64,000 nucleotides of DNA, taken from IMG/VR virus record IMGVR_UViG_3300027126_000148, one strand, 5' to 3'. A program made the translations under genes and the position numbers. Shown here piece after piece: positions 27,469 through 36,236 of this stretch (the stretch's first letter is position 1; every line of letters starts with the position of its first letter). The notes under the pieces are model-generated. The model saw only the letters and a program-made list of their open reading frames with translations, was not told where the DNA came from and ran no database searches. The DNA comes from an uncultured virus (IMG/VR IMGVR_UViG_3300027126_000148). Lineage: Duplodnaviria; Heunggongvirae; Uroviricota; Caudoviricetes.

Positions 27469-28226
27469 AAATTGGTATTTTAGGATGCGGCCATAACTGC
27501 ATCGATGATTTGCAGAATAGACTAGCACCTTGGTTTGAAGCAGCAAAAGAATGCGAGATTATCTTTTCTTTTGTTTCGTGCATGTTTAAAGAATACAAAG
27601 ATTTAAATATAAGCATTGACAATTCAAAGACTGTATCATATTTTAATGATTTAAAGAACAGAGGCTTGATTCAGCATTTCAATGCCCCCAATGAAGCTCT
27701 TGTTGAATCTGATGCTAGAAATTTAGCTTTATTTCCCCTATTATCCGACAATGTTGACTGCGTTTGGCTATTAGATCTTAGCGACGAATACTATTCTGTA
27801 AAAGAAATAAAAGCAATAATCTCTTATATATCTAATGATAAGTTTAATCAGTGGTATAGTATTAATTTTAAAAACTACATCTTAGATGGCAAGCAATGGA
27901 TAGACGACTTTTGTCCACCAAGAATTTTCTTTAACTCTAGAGGGCTAAAGCTTGTTAAGTTTTACTGGGATAATGATATTATTTACAGTAATGGAAGAGA
28001 TGAGCTTAACTATAAATATTTAGTAAATCAAAACATTCCAAAACATTATGCTCATGTCAGACACATGACTTGGCTGCATTCAAATGGAAAATTAAAAGTA
28101 GAATACCAAAACAAACACTTTGGTCATTGCTCTTACAAATGGAATTACGAAACTAACAAACTAGAAATAGACAAAAGCTTTTTTGTAAAAAATAATATTC
28201 CCCAACCTATAATACATACAGAATAA
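27465..28226 (+). CDS. GT-A-like glycosyltransferase
   Basis: ARNLAL, WLLDLSDE, PPRIF. Confidence 0.55.
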   Translation: MKIGILGCGHNCIDDLQNRLAPWFEAAKECEIIFSFVSCMFKEYKDLNISIDNSKTVSYFNDLKNRGLIQHFNAPNEALVESDARNLALFPLLSDNVDCVWLLDLSDEYYSVKEIKAIISYISNDKFNQWYSINFKNYILDGKQWIDDFCPPRIFFNSRGLKLVKFYWDNDIIYSNGRDELNYKYLVNQNIPKHYAHVRHMTWLHSNGKLKVEYQNKHFGHCSYKWNYETNKLEIDKSFFVKNNIPQPIIHTE

Positions 28227-29278
28227 TGAAAAATGTAATTATCACAGGAATTACTGGGCAAGATGGGTCTTACATGGTTGATCACCTTATTGCAAATACT
28301 AACTTTAATATATTTGGCGCAGTGAGAAGACTGTCTAAGCCTAACTATTCTAATTTTTCTAAGCATCTTTGTAATAGTCGATTTAAGCTTGTCACTTTTG
28401 ATCTTTCTGATTCTCAATCAATTGACAATGCTGTTAGAGAAATTAAACCTGATTATTTTATTAATTTCGCCGCGCAATCTTTTGTTGGTTCAAGCTGGCA
28501 AATTCCTGAACAAACATTTGACGCTGGAGCTATGGGTGTGCTAAGATGTCTTGAAGCCGTGCGTAAGTACTCTCCAAGTTGTCGATTTTATAACGCTGGA
28601 AGCTCTGAAGAGTTTGGAGACGTAAAATATGCGCCTCAAGATGAGAAACATCCTCTTTCTCCAAGGTCTCCCTATGGAGCGGCAAAAGCTGCGGCAAGGC
28701 ATTTAGTTAAAGTATATCGTGAATCTTATAATCTTTTTGCAATTCAAGGTTATCTTTTTAATCATGAATCACCAAGAAGAGGAGAAGAGTTTGTTACTCG
28801 AAAAATTACTAAAGGAGTAGCCAGAATAATAAAGGCTATTAAAAGAGGAGAATCTTTTGATCCTATTTGTTTGGGAAATGTTGATGCAAAAAGAGACTGG
28901 AGTCACGCAATTGATTTCGTAGATGGAGTCTGGAAAATGCTCAATCAAGAAAAACCAAATGAATACGTTTTATCAAGCAATGAAACTCATACTATTAGAG
29001 AATTTATTGAACTAGCATTTAAAGAAGTTGGTATAGAAGGTTTTTGGCATGGACAAGGAACAAATGAAGAATATTCTTTATCAACTGAATATGCCATACG
29101 CAACGATGCAGCGTCTTCTGTTTTGATTCGAATAGATCCAAAATTTTTCCGTCCAGCAGAGGTAGAACTACTTCTTGGAGACTCTTCCAAGGCTCGCAAA
29201 GAATTAGACTGGAATCCAAAGTACTCTTTTCATCAATTAGTAAAAGACATGGTAGCATCTGATCTTAATCAATTTTAA
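28226..29278 (+). CDS. gmd: GDP-mannose 4,6-dehydratase
   Basis: ITGITGQDGSY, AAQSFV..SW, SPRSPYGAAK, FNHESPRRG.EFVTRKIT, FRPAEV. Confidence 0.93.
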   Translation: MKNVIITGITGQDGSYMVDHLIANTNFNIFGAVRRLSKPNYSNFSKHLCNSRFKLVTFDLSDSQSIDNAVREIKPDYFINFAAQSFVGSSWQIPEQTFDAGAMGVLRCLEAVRKYSPSCRFYNAGSSEEFGDVKYAPQDEKHPLSPRSPYGAAKAAARHLVKVYRESYNLFAIQGYLFNHESPRRGEEFVTRKITKGVARIIKAIKRGESFDPICLGNVDAKRDWSHAIDFVDGVWKMLNQEKPNEYVLSSNETHTIREFIELAFKEVGIEGFWHGQGTNEEYSLSTEYAIRNDAASSVLIRIDPKFFRPAEVELLLGDSSKARKELDWNPKYSFHQLVKDMVASDLNQF

Positions 29279-29670
29279 TGTCAATTCAACAAACCATTGT
29301 AGAAAAATTCGTAAGAAAAGAAGAGCAAAATTGGCCTAGGGACATGAAAGTCGCCACTAGGCTTTTAAAAAAATTTCCAGAACATGGGTTTTGGGAATGG
29401 GTAGAGCCTTACCCTTTAGTTTCTAATCTTGCTTTCTTACAGAATAAAGAAATTCTAGAGACTTTAAAAGAAAGATACTCACTTTTTCTTCAGCAAAAGG
29501 ACTTGAAGCGGTCGAAAGAAAAGCTCAAAGAAAGCTTTGACTCAAAGACTGCAATCAGCTATAATGAAGAGAACAGCAAAGTGGGCGAAGACATTCACAT
29601 CGTCAAAAAGCCCAGAACTTTAAAAGAATTTCTTAATTATGGCCCGACCCCCGAAAACACAGCAACCTGA
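29278..29670 (+). CDS. Hypothetical protein
   Basis: ORF in operon. Confidence 0.55.
   Translation: MSIQQTIVEKFVRKEEQNWPRDMKVATRLLKKFPEHGFWEWVEPYPLVSNLAFLQNKEILETLKERYSLFLQQKDLKRSKEKLKESFDSKTAISYNEENSKVGEDIHIVKKPRTLKEFLNYGPTPENTAT
29537..29565 (+). promoter_or_regulatory. sigma70-like promoter TTGACT-N17-TATAAT upstream of the recombination/replication module
   Basis: Near-consensus hexamers, 17-nt spacer. Confidence 0.6.
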
Positions 29671-30790
29671 AGAAAAAATCTCAGCAGTTGGAGCCTCAAG
29701 CAGACTCCAAGCTATTCTAAACAATAAAGATCATAAAGATGATCATTTTAATTTCGAAGAAGCAGTAAGCTGGAAGATTTCTACGGGAAGCCTACTCTTA
29801 GACGCAGCAGTAGGTGGCGGAATTACCCCTTCTCTTATTCGTCTTTGCGGACCAAACAATGAAGGCAAAACTCCTCAAGCGTTGGAGATTTGTAGGAACT
29901 TCCTTTCTGAGATTCCAAAAAGCAGAGTAGTCTGGGTCTTGGCAGAGGGTCGTCTTTCTAAAGAGAACAGAGAACGCTGCGGAATGAAGTTCGTCACCGA
30001 TGCCTCAGAATGGACTGACGGGTCAGTTTTCATTCTTGAATCAAATGTATACGATTTAGTAATTGATGTTATTAAAGATCTTGTCCTTAATAATCAAGAA
30101 GATCATCGTTATTGCTTCGTGATTGATTCAATGGATGGTCTTATCTTAAAGAGAGACAAAGACACAAGCCCAGCAGACGCAAGCAAGGTTGCTGGAACTC
30201 AAGTAATTAGTAAGAAGTTATTGCAATCACTAAGCATTGGAATGTTCAAGCACGGGCATCTAATGATCGCTATTAGTCAAATCACTTCTGAAATTAAAAT
30301 CGATCCTTATGCTAAGAATGCTCCCAGAGGCGGAATGTTCAGCGGAGGAAATGCGCTCTTGCATTGGGCTGACTTTATCCTAGAGTACAGCCCAACCGCA
30401 ATGGGAGACTACATCCTTGACAACCCATCAGGAAAGATGAATGATGGCAAGACTAAATCGATTGGAAAATATTCCAAGGTAATGATTCAAAAGTCTACCA
30501 GCGAAGCAACTCGCAAAAATATTATTCAGTATCCTATTAAATTTGGAAAGAAGCCTTCTGGCATCTGGGTTGAATATGAGATTCTTGATTGCTTGCTCAT
30601 GTGGGATCTTGTTGTTGCAAAGGGAGCTTGGATTACCGTTGACGACTCTTTGATTGAAGAGCTTAAGACTGTTGAAATTGAAATGCCCAAACAGCACCAA
30701 GGAAGAGAAAACTTCAGAAAATGGCTTGAAGAAAATGAACAGGCCACCAAGTATCTCTTTGGTAAGCTGAAAGCTGTTCAATCAAAATGA
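29639..30790 (+). CDS. RecA/UvsX-like recombinase
   Basis: ISTGSLLLD.AVGGG, Walker A GPNNEGKT, VIDS, SGGNALLHWA, KGAW. Confidence 0.85.
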   Translation: MARPPKTQQPEEKISAVGASSRLQAILNNKDHKDDHFNFEEAVSWKISTGSLLLDAAVGGGITPSLIRLCGPNNEGKTPQALEICRNFLSEIPKSRVVWVLAEGRLSKENRERCGMKFVTDASEWTDGSVFILESNVYDLVIDVIKDLVLNNQEDHRYCFVIDSMDGLILKRDKDTSPADASKVAGTQVISKKLLQSLSIGMFKHGHLMIAISQITSEIKIDPYAKNAPRGGMFSGGNALLHWADFILEYSPTAMGDYILDNPSGKMNDGKTKSIGKYSKVMIQKSTSEATRKNIIQYPIKFGKKPSGIWVEYEILDCLLMWDLVVAKGAWITVDDSLIEELKTVEIEMPKQHQGRENFRKWLEENEQATKYLFGKLKAVQSK

Positions 30791-31206
30791 AGTTATATTC
30801 TGTAACCGGCAGAATAGTTAACAAAAATGTTTCTCAATTTTTAATAGATTGGGATAAACAGTCTCGTTCTAAGATTCAGTTTCAGGTGAAGCAATTCCTG
30901 AAACCGTTTTGGAAGACTCATGTTTGCTACGAAGAGTTCCCAGTCTTTGGCAGCAGAATGAAAGTTGACTTTATTAATGCTTCCCGCAAAATAGCGGTAG
31001 AGGTTAATGGCGATCAACACTCTTCTTTTAATAAATTCTTTCACAATAACTCAAGGCTTAATTATCTTAACTCTATAAAAAGAGATTACAAGAAGTCTGT
31101 GTGGTTAGAAAAGAATGGATTTCAACTAATAGAATTAGAGACATCTGATTTAAATAAATTGAGTTATGACTATATAAATCATACATTCAATATATCGTTA
31201 GTGTAA
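30787..31206 (+). CDS. DUF559/Vsr-like PD-(D/E)XK endonuclease
   Basis: EEFPV...VDF...AVEVNGDQH...RD.KK. Confidence 0.7.
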   Translation: MKLYSVTGRIVNKNVSQFLIDWDKQSRSKIQFQVKQFLKPFWKTHVCYEEFPVFGSRMKVDFINASRKIAVEVNGDQHSSFNKFFHNNSRLNYLNSIKRDYKKSVWLEKNGFQLIELETSDLNKLSYDYINHTFNISLV

Positions 31207-31214
31207 TATACTCT

Positions 31215-31496
31215 GTGGCAAAAAATAAAGAATTCCATTTTCCAGAAAGCATTCTATCACAAATAGATGAATGCTCGCAGGGAGGGTTTCTATTGTTTAC
31301 CTTTGACAAAAAGGGAATGCCAGAAGTAAGGTCTAAATTCGATAATGCACAGAACGCAATGGCTATGCATTATTATATTAATAATTGGCTTAGCGCTGTT
31401 GAACAAATCAATTTAGAAAATACAATTCATAACATTATCGCTTCTGATCAAGAAGACGAAGACGGTGAAGACGAAGATGGTCCCGCTAGTAAATAA
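31215..31496 (+). CDS. Hypothetical protein, acidic C-terminus
   Basis: ORF; GTGTAAT upstream. Confidence 0.55.
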   Translation: MAKNKEFHFPESILSQIDECSQGGFLLFTFDKKGMPEVRSKFDNAQNAMAMHYYINNWLSAVEQINLENTIHNIIASDQEDEDGEDEDGPASK

Positions 31497-31512
31497 TTCT
31501 TTTTTTAGTTAA

Positions 31513-32997
31513 ATGAAACTTTCCTCTATTAAGGTAGAGCAATCCTTGCTTGGTTCGCTCATTAAAAACTCAGAATCCTTCTATGATATAGATCACTTTA
31601 TATCAGAGATTGATTTTACAAATGATGTAAATGGTACTATTTACTCAATAATTCGCCAGATCTGCAATGCTAAAGAAAAAATAGATAAAGTTATTCTGGC
31701 TCAGAAAATTCAGAATCTTGGCATTTCGTTTCAAGAAGATCTTGACATATACGATTATATCGACTGTCTTTCTTTAGCTGTTTCAAATAAAGATTCTGCT
31801 ATTAAATACGCTAAAGAGTTAAAGCAGTTTTCTATTCGCCGCGATATAAAAGGCATGGCGCAAAGGATAATAGAAACCGTTTCTACCAATCCTGAAAAGA
31901 ATGCCAATCAAATCATAGCTGAAGTAGACTCTATATATGGCGAAAAGATTAATTCTTTTGATGCTACTGAAGAAATCAGAAACATATTCGATGACATAGA
32001 AGCGTTCATTGAAGAAAAAGGCAATAATCCTCAAGATGAAGCAGGTATAGATTTACATTATCCAGAGTTTGCAAGACTCTATGGAGGCCTGAGGAATGGT
32101 AACGTTTACGCAATCGTTAGCCGCCCCGGTCAAGGAAAAAGCTCATTCTTGGTTGAGATGTCTCTTGGAGCTTATTTAAAGAACAAGAAAGTTAGTGTTC
32201 TTTATCTTGATACTGAAATGTTCTCGCAAGACGTTAAACTCCGTATTGCGGCAGCAAAGACTGGGGTTCCTTTCTGGTATATTGACACAGGAAACTGGCG
32301 CAAGAACCCTGAGATGGTTACTAAAGTCAGAGGATTCCTAAAAGAGTTCAGTAAATATAATTACACTCATCATTGTGTTGGCAATAAAGGAATTGATGAG
32401 ATTGTTTCTTTTATTCGTAGGTGGTATTATAGCAAGGTTGGAAGAGGTAATCCTGCCCTTATTTGCTATGATTACGTTAAGCTCACCGGAGAAAAGGTAG
32501 GTCAAAACTGGGCAGAGCATCAAGCGATTGGCGAAAAGATCGATAAACTTAAAAAGATCTCAGAAGAAATTAATGCTCCCCTATTCACTGCAATGCAAAT
32601 GAATAGGTCTGGCGAAAATTTCAACAGAAATGCTGGAGATGTAACAGACGATAGCTCTGCAATCGCCCTATCTGATCGACTTCAATGGTTTTCAAGCTAT
32701 GTCGCAATTTTCCGAAGAAAAACTCTTGACGAAATAGAGCGCGATACCCCAGACTTCGGGACTCATAAGTTGATAACTTTGAAGAGCCGATTCCAAGGCA
32801 AAGATGCTGCTGGACATCAAGATCTTCTTAGAAGAAGAAATGAACATGGTGATGAACGTTATGTTCAAAACTTTATCAACTTTCAGATTAATAATTTCAG
32901 TGTAGAAGAGAGAGGTTCCTTGGGAGATATTATTGAGAGAGAGCGTCAGACATTCTCGTTGAATGACGCTAATCCCAATGATGGCACTTTGCTATGA
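31513..32997 (+). CDS. dnaB: Replicative DNA helicase, DnaB family
   Basis: N-terminal EQSLLG domain, SRPGQGKS, DTEM, YDY, QMNR, KSR. Confidence 0.9.
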   Translation: MKLSSIKVEQSLLGSLIKNSESFYDIDHFISEIDFTNDVNGTIYSIIRQICNAKEKIDKVILAQKIQNLGISFQEDLDIYDYIDCLSLAVSNKDSAIKYAKELKQFSIRRDIKGMAQRIIETVSTNPEKNANQIIAEVDSIYGEKINSFDATEEIRNIFDDIEAFIEEKGNNPQDEAGIDLHYPEFARLYGGLRNGNVYAIVSRPGQGKSSFLVEMSLGAYLKNKKVSVLYLDTEMFSQDVKLRIAAAKTGVPFWYIDTGNWRKNPEMVTKVRGFLKEFSKYNYTHHCVGNKGIDEIVSFIRRWYYSKVGRGNPALICYDYVKLTGEKVGQNWAEHQAIGEKIDKLKKISEEINAPLFTAMQMNRSGENFNRNAGDVTDDSSAIALSDRLQWFSSYVAIFRRKTLDEIERDTPDFGTHKLITLKSRFQGKDAAGHQDLLRRRNEHGDERYVQNFINFQINNFSVEERGSLGDIIERERQTFSLNDANPNDGTLL

Positions 32998-33911
32998 GCG
33001 ACATAAAAGAAATACTTAATAACATCGGTTATCAAAATCTTAAAGACTTTGGCGGTTGGTATAGAACTAAGCCAATTTATAGAGCTTCTGATAATGATAC
33101 GGTCTTAGCCATAAATAAAAATACTGGCTATTGGTATGACTACAAACTCTGTAAAGGGGGTAAGCTAAGCGAATTAGTTCAAATCACGCTTAATCTAAAC
33201 GATCTGTCTTATGCAGATAAGATGCTCGCTGAACGGTTCAACTTCACAGGAATTGTAACCAATCCAGAGAAAACAATTATTAATCAAGTAAAGATTTACA
33301 ATGAGTCGATGCTTGATGGGCTTACAAGAGATCACTCTTATTGGTTCAAGAGAGGAGTCAAAGAAGAAATCGTATCCGAGTTTAAAGGCGGCATAGCCAA
33401 GAAAGGGAATATGATTAACCGTTATGTTTTTCCTATTTATAATCCTTCTGGCAAAATTGTCGGATTTAGCGGCAGGTCACTAGTTGATTCAAATAGATCT
33501 GATTTTATAAAATGGAAACACCTTGGAACCAAGAAAGAGTGGGTTTACCCAGCTTTCTTTAGCAAAAACTCTATTGCCGAAAGTAAAAAAGTATTCCTCA
33601 TTGAGAGTATTGGTGACATGCTCGCTTTGTGGCAAGCTGGCTACAAGAACGTAATCGTAACTTTTGGATTAGCCATCTCTCCTAAAATAATAAAATTCCT
33701 GTTAGAGAGTTCTGTTGAACAAGTTATTGTGGCCTTTAATAATGATTCTTTTAATAATTCTGCTGGTAATGAAGCTGCGAAAAAGGCTCGCTCCAAACTC
33801 TTGATGTTCTTCGATGAAAACCAAGTGAAGATAAAGCTGCCTCCCAAAAAAGATTTTGGATTAATGGGCAAAAATGAGATAGACTTATATATGAAGGAAT
33901 TCAATGGATAA
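32994..33911 (+). CDS. DNA primase (DnaG-like TOPRIM)
   Basis: RYVFPI...VGFSGR, LIESIGDM, AFNND, KDFG. Confidence 0.85.
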   Translation: MSDIKEILNNIGYQNLKDFGGWYRTKPIYRASDNDTVLAINKNTGYWYDYKLCKGGKLSELVQITLNLNDLSYADKMLAERFNFTGIVTNPEKTIINQVKIYNESMLDGLTRDHSYWFKRGVKEEIVSEFKGGIAKKGNMINRYVFPIYNPSGKIVGFSGRSLVDSNRSDFIKWKHLGTKKEWVYPAFFSKNSIAESKKVFLIESIGDMLALWQAGYKNVIVTFGLAISPKIIKFLLESSVEQVIVAFNNDSFNNSAGNEAAKKARSKLLMFFDENQVKIKLPPKKDFGLMGKNEIDLYMKEFNG

Positions 33912-34830
33912 GAAAGAAGTTTACCTATCTGCATCCAGAATCAAAGCTCTCGAAACTTGTTCATGGTCTTATTATTGTAAGTATCATTTAAACATTCCTG
34001 AGAGATCTAATTCAGGGGCAAAGCGCGGCACAATTTGCCACTTAGTGTTTGAATTGCTTCTTAATCCTCGCCACAAGAAGATTAACAAGGAAATTATTGA
34101 CTCTGGCGATCCGCTTTCCTGCGTTCCAATAGGCAAGTTAGTAATAAAACATGCCACAAGAGAAGGAATCAATACTCCTGAAGATATAGCATTAATCAAT
34201 AAAATGATTCTCGTCGGTCTTAAGAGCGACTTCTTTCCGAAAGGCGGAAGCATTCAAGACCCAGAGTTCGAATTTAAAATCGAAAGAGACGGCTACAAGG
34301 CTAGAGGATTCATCGACCTTCCTATTCTTTATAAGAAAGAAAAGAAAAGTAAGATTAGAGATTACAAGTCCAGCAAGGCAAAATTCAAAGGAGAAGAGTT
34401 GACAGCCAATGTACAGGCCATGTTATACTCTATCGCTTCTAAAATTTACTGGCCCGAATACAAACCAGAAGTAGAATTTGTATTTCTTAGATTCCCTAAA
34501 GAGCCAGTTCAGTCGGTAAAATTTACCGATGATGAATTGTCTGGATTTGAAGTTTATCTTAAACATGTTTACGATAAAGTCACCAATTTCTCTGAACAGG
34601 ACGCTAAACAAAACTTTGCTGCTGACGATGTAAAGAGCAAGTGGCTGTGTCAGGCGGGAGCTACTTGGGTTTGCCCTTTCAAGAATGAGATGTGGTTCTA
34701 CTCTATTTACGATAAGGACAATAATTTTGTAAAGAGCTTTTTTACAGCAGAAGAAGCTAAAGCGGCGAAGAAAGACGAGACTCAAGTCATTAAAAAGTTC
34801 AAGTACGAAGGTTGCCCCAGATGGAAATAA
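33904..34830 (+). CDS. PD-(D/E)XK nuclease (RecB/AddB/Cas4-like exonuclease)
   Basis: LSASRI...C, RGTICH, GFID, DYKS, Q...Y, C...CPF. Confidence 0.8.
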   Translation: MDKKEVYLSASRIKALETCSWSYYCKYHLNIPERSNSGAKRGTICHLVFELLLNPRHKKINKEIIDSGDPLSCVPIGKLVIKHATREGINTPEDIALINKMILVGLKSDFFPKGGSIQDPEFEFKIERDGYKARGFIDLPILYKKEKKSKIRDYKSSKAKFKGEELTANVQAMLYSIASKIYWPEYKPEVEFVFLRFPKEPVQSVKFTDDELSGFEVYLKHVYDKVTNFSEQDAKQNFAADDVKSKWLCQAGATWVCPFKNEMWFYSIYDKDNNFVKSFFTAEEAKAAKKDETQVIKKFKYEGCPRWK

Positions 34831-34839
34831 CTCTTATTT

Positions 34840-35601
34840 ATGAAAATATTACCTCTTTTTAAAAGCCATTACAGCATTGGCAAATCAATCTTAACCCTAG
34901 ATAAAGCCGGTTCTTCTTCTAAAGAAGGTTCATCTTCTATAGTAGATATCGTTAAAGAAAATAAACTAGATCAAGTTTTCCTTGTGGAGGAGAACATGAG
35001 TTCTTTTCTTGATGCGTTTAAGAACTTTAACTCTATTAAGGTTCCATTCTTCTATGGTCTTAGACTGGAGCTTTGTCCAGACATCAACGAAAAGACTGAA
35101 GAGTCTTTAAAGAAATGCAGCAAAATAATAATTTTTGCTAAAAATGGCAATGGATACAAGAAACTGATTAAAATATTCAGTATCGCTGCGACAGATGGGT
35201 TTTATTATACCCCAAGAATAGACGAAAAGACCTTGACTCAAGAGTGGGATGAGTCTAGTCTAAAACTGTGCGTTCCATTCTATGATTCGTTTTTATTCAA
35301 TAACGCGATGTCTTATTCTTTGTGCTGCCCAGAGTTGACATTTACAAAACCCACTTTCTTTATTGAAGACAACAATCTTCCATTCGATCAAATAGTAAAA
35401 CAAAAGGTAATTAAATTCTGCTCAGATCAGTACGAGACTGTTCCTTGCAAGAGTATTTACTACAAGACAAGAGAAGACTTTAAGGCGTACTTGACTTTTA
35501 GATGCATAAATAATAGAACGACTCTTAATAAGCCAAACTTGGAACATATGTGCAGCACTGAATTTAGTTTTGAAAGCTGGAAGGAGGCGAATTCCATATG
35601 A
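34840..35601 (+). CDS. Stand-alone PHP domain of DNA polymerase III alpha
   Basis: SHYSIGKSIL, FAKNGNGYKKLIKI.S.A..DGFYYTPRID. Confidence 0.8.
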   Translation: MKILPLFKSHYSIGKSILTLDKAGSSSKEGSSSIVDIVKENKLDQVFLVEENMSSFLDAFKNFNSIKVPFFYGLRLELCPDINEKTEESLKKCSKIIIFAKNGNGYKKLIKIFSIAATDGFYYTPRIDEKTLTQEWDESSLKLCVPFYDSFLFNNAMSYSLCCPELTFTKPTFFIEDNNLPFDQIVKQKVIKFCSDQYETVPCKSIYYKTREDFKAYLTFRCINNRTTLNKPNLEHMCSTEFSFESWKEANSI

Positions 35602-36236
35602 TGGAAAATCTTCTTCGTTACGACAAAGACAAAGTTTATACTTTTATTGACTTAGAAACAGAGAACCTGTGTCTTAGTTTCGTAAACAATCGCCCTTGGC
35701 AATGCGGCATGATCAAAGTTAAGGGAAACGAAATCCTACAAACTTCTGATATTTATATTAAATGGGATAAACCAATTAACGTAAGTAAGGAAGCCGCTCA
35801 AATTACTCGCTTCGACCAGTACAAGTATAATAAAATTGCCATACATTCCAGCGAAGCTATTAAAACGATAGCTCAATGGTTAGAAAATTGTGATTATATT
35901 ATCGGGCACAACGTACTAAACTTTGATATTTATCTTATTAAAGACTACTACGAAATGTATGGAATGGAATGGAAGCATTTAATAAAGAAAGTTATAGACA
36001 CTAACTGCCTAGCGAAAGGCATCAAGTACGAAATCCCTTATTCTCAAGAAATGGAACTCATTGAGTATCAATATAGAATTCTTAATGAGAGACGAAAAGG
36101 AGTAAAAACTAACCTTACAAGTCTTGGAAAAGACCATAGCATAGAACACGATTACGAAACTCTTCACGACGCACTTAACGATTTACATTTGAACATTAAA
36201 GTATGGAACAAACTGAAATTCCAAATCGCAGTATGA
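35598..36236 (+). CDS. DEDDh 3'-5' exonuclease (DnaQ/epsilon-like)
   Basis: DLETE, GHNVLNFD, DT, HDALND. Confidence 0.85.
   Translation: MMENLLRYDKDKVYTFIDLETENLCLSFVNNRPWQCGMIKVKGNEILQTSDIYIKWDKPINVSKEAAQITRFDQYKYNKIAIHSSEAIKTIAQWLENCDYIIGHNVLNFDIYLIKDYYEMYGMEWKHLIKKVIDTNCLAKGIKYEIPYSQEMELIEYQYRILNERRKGVKTNLTSLGKDHSIEHDYETLHDALNDLHLNIKVWNKLKFQIAV

Noticed and set aside
33904..34830. Cas4/CRISPR system
   Set aside because: No repeat-spacer array or other cas genes seen; the nuclease sits in a standard phage replication module
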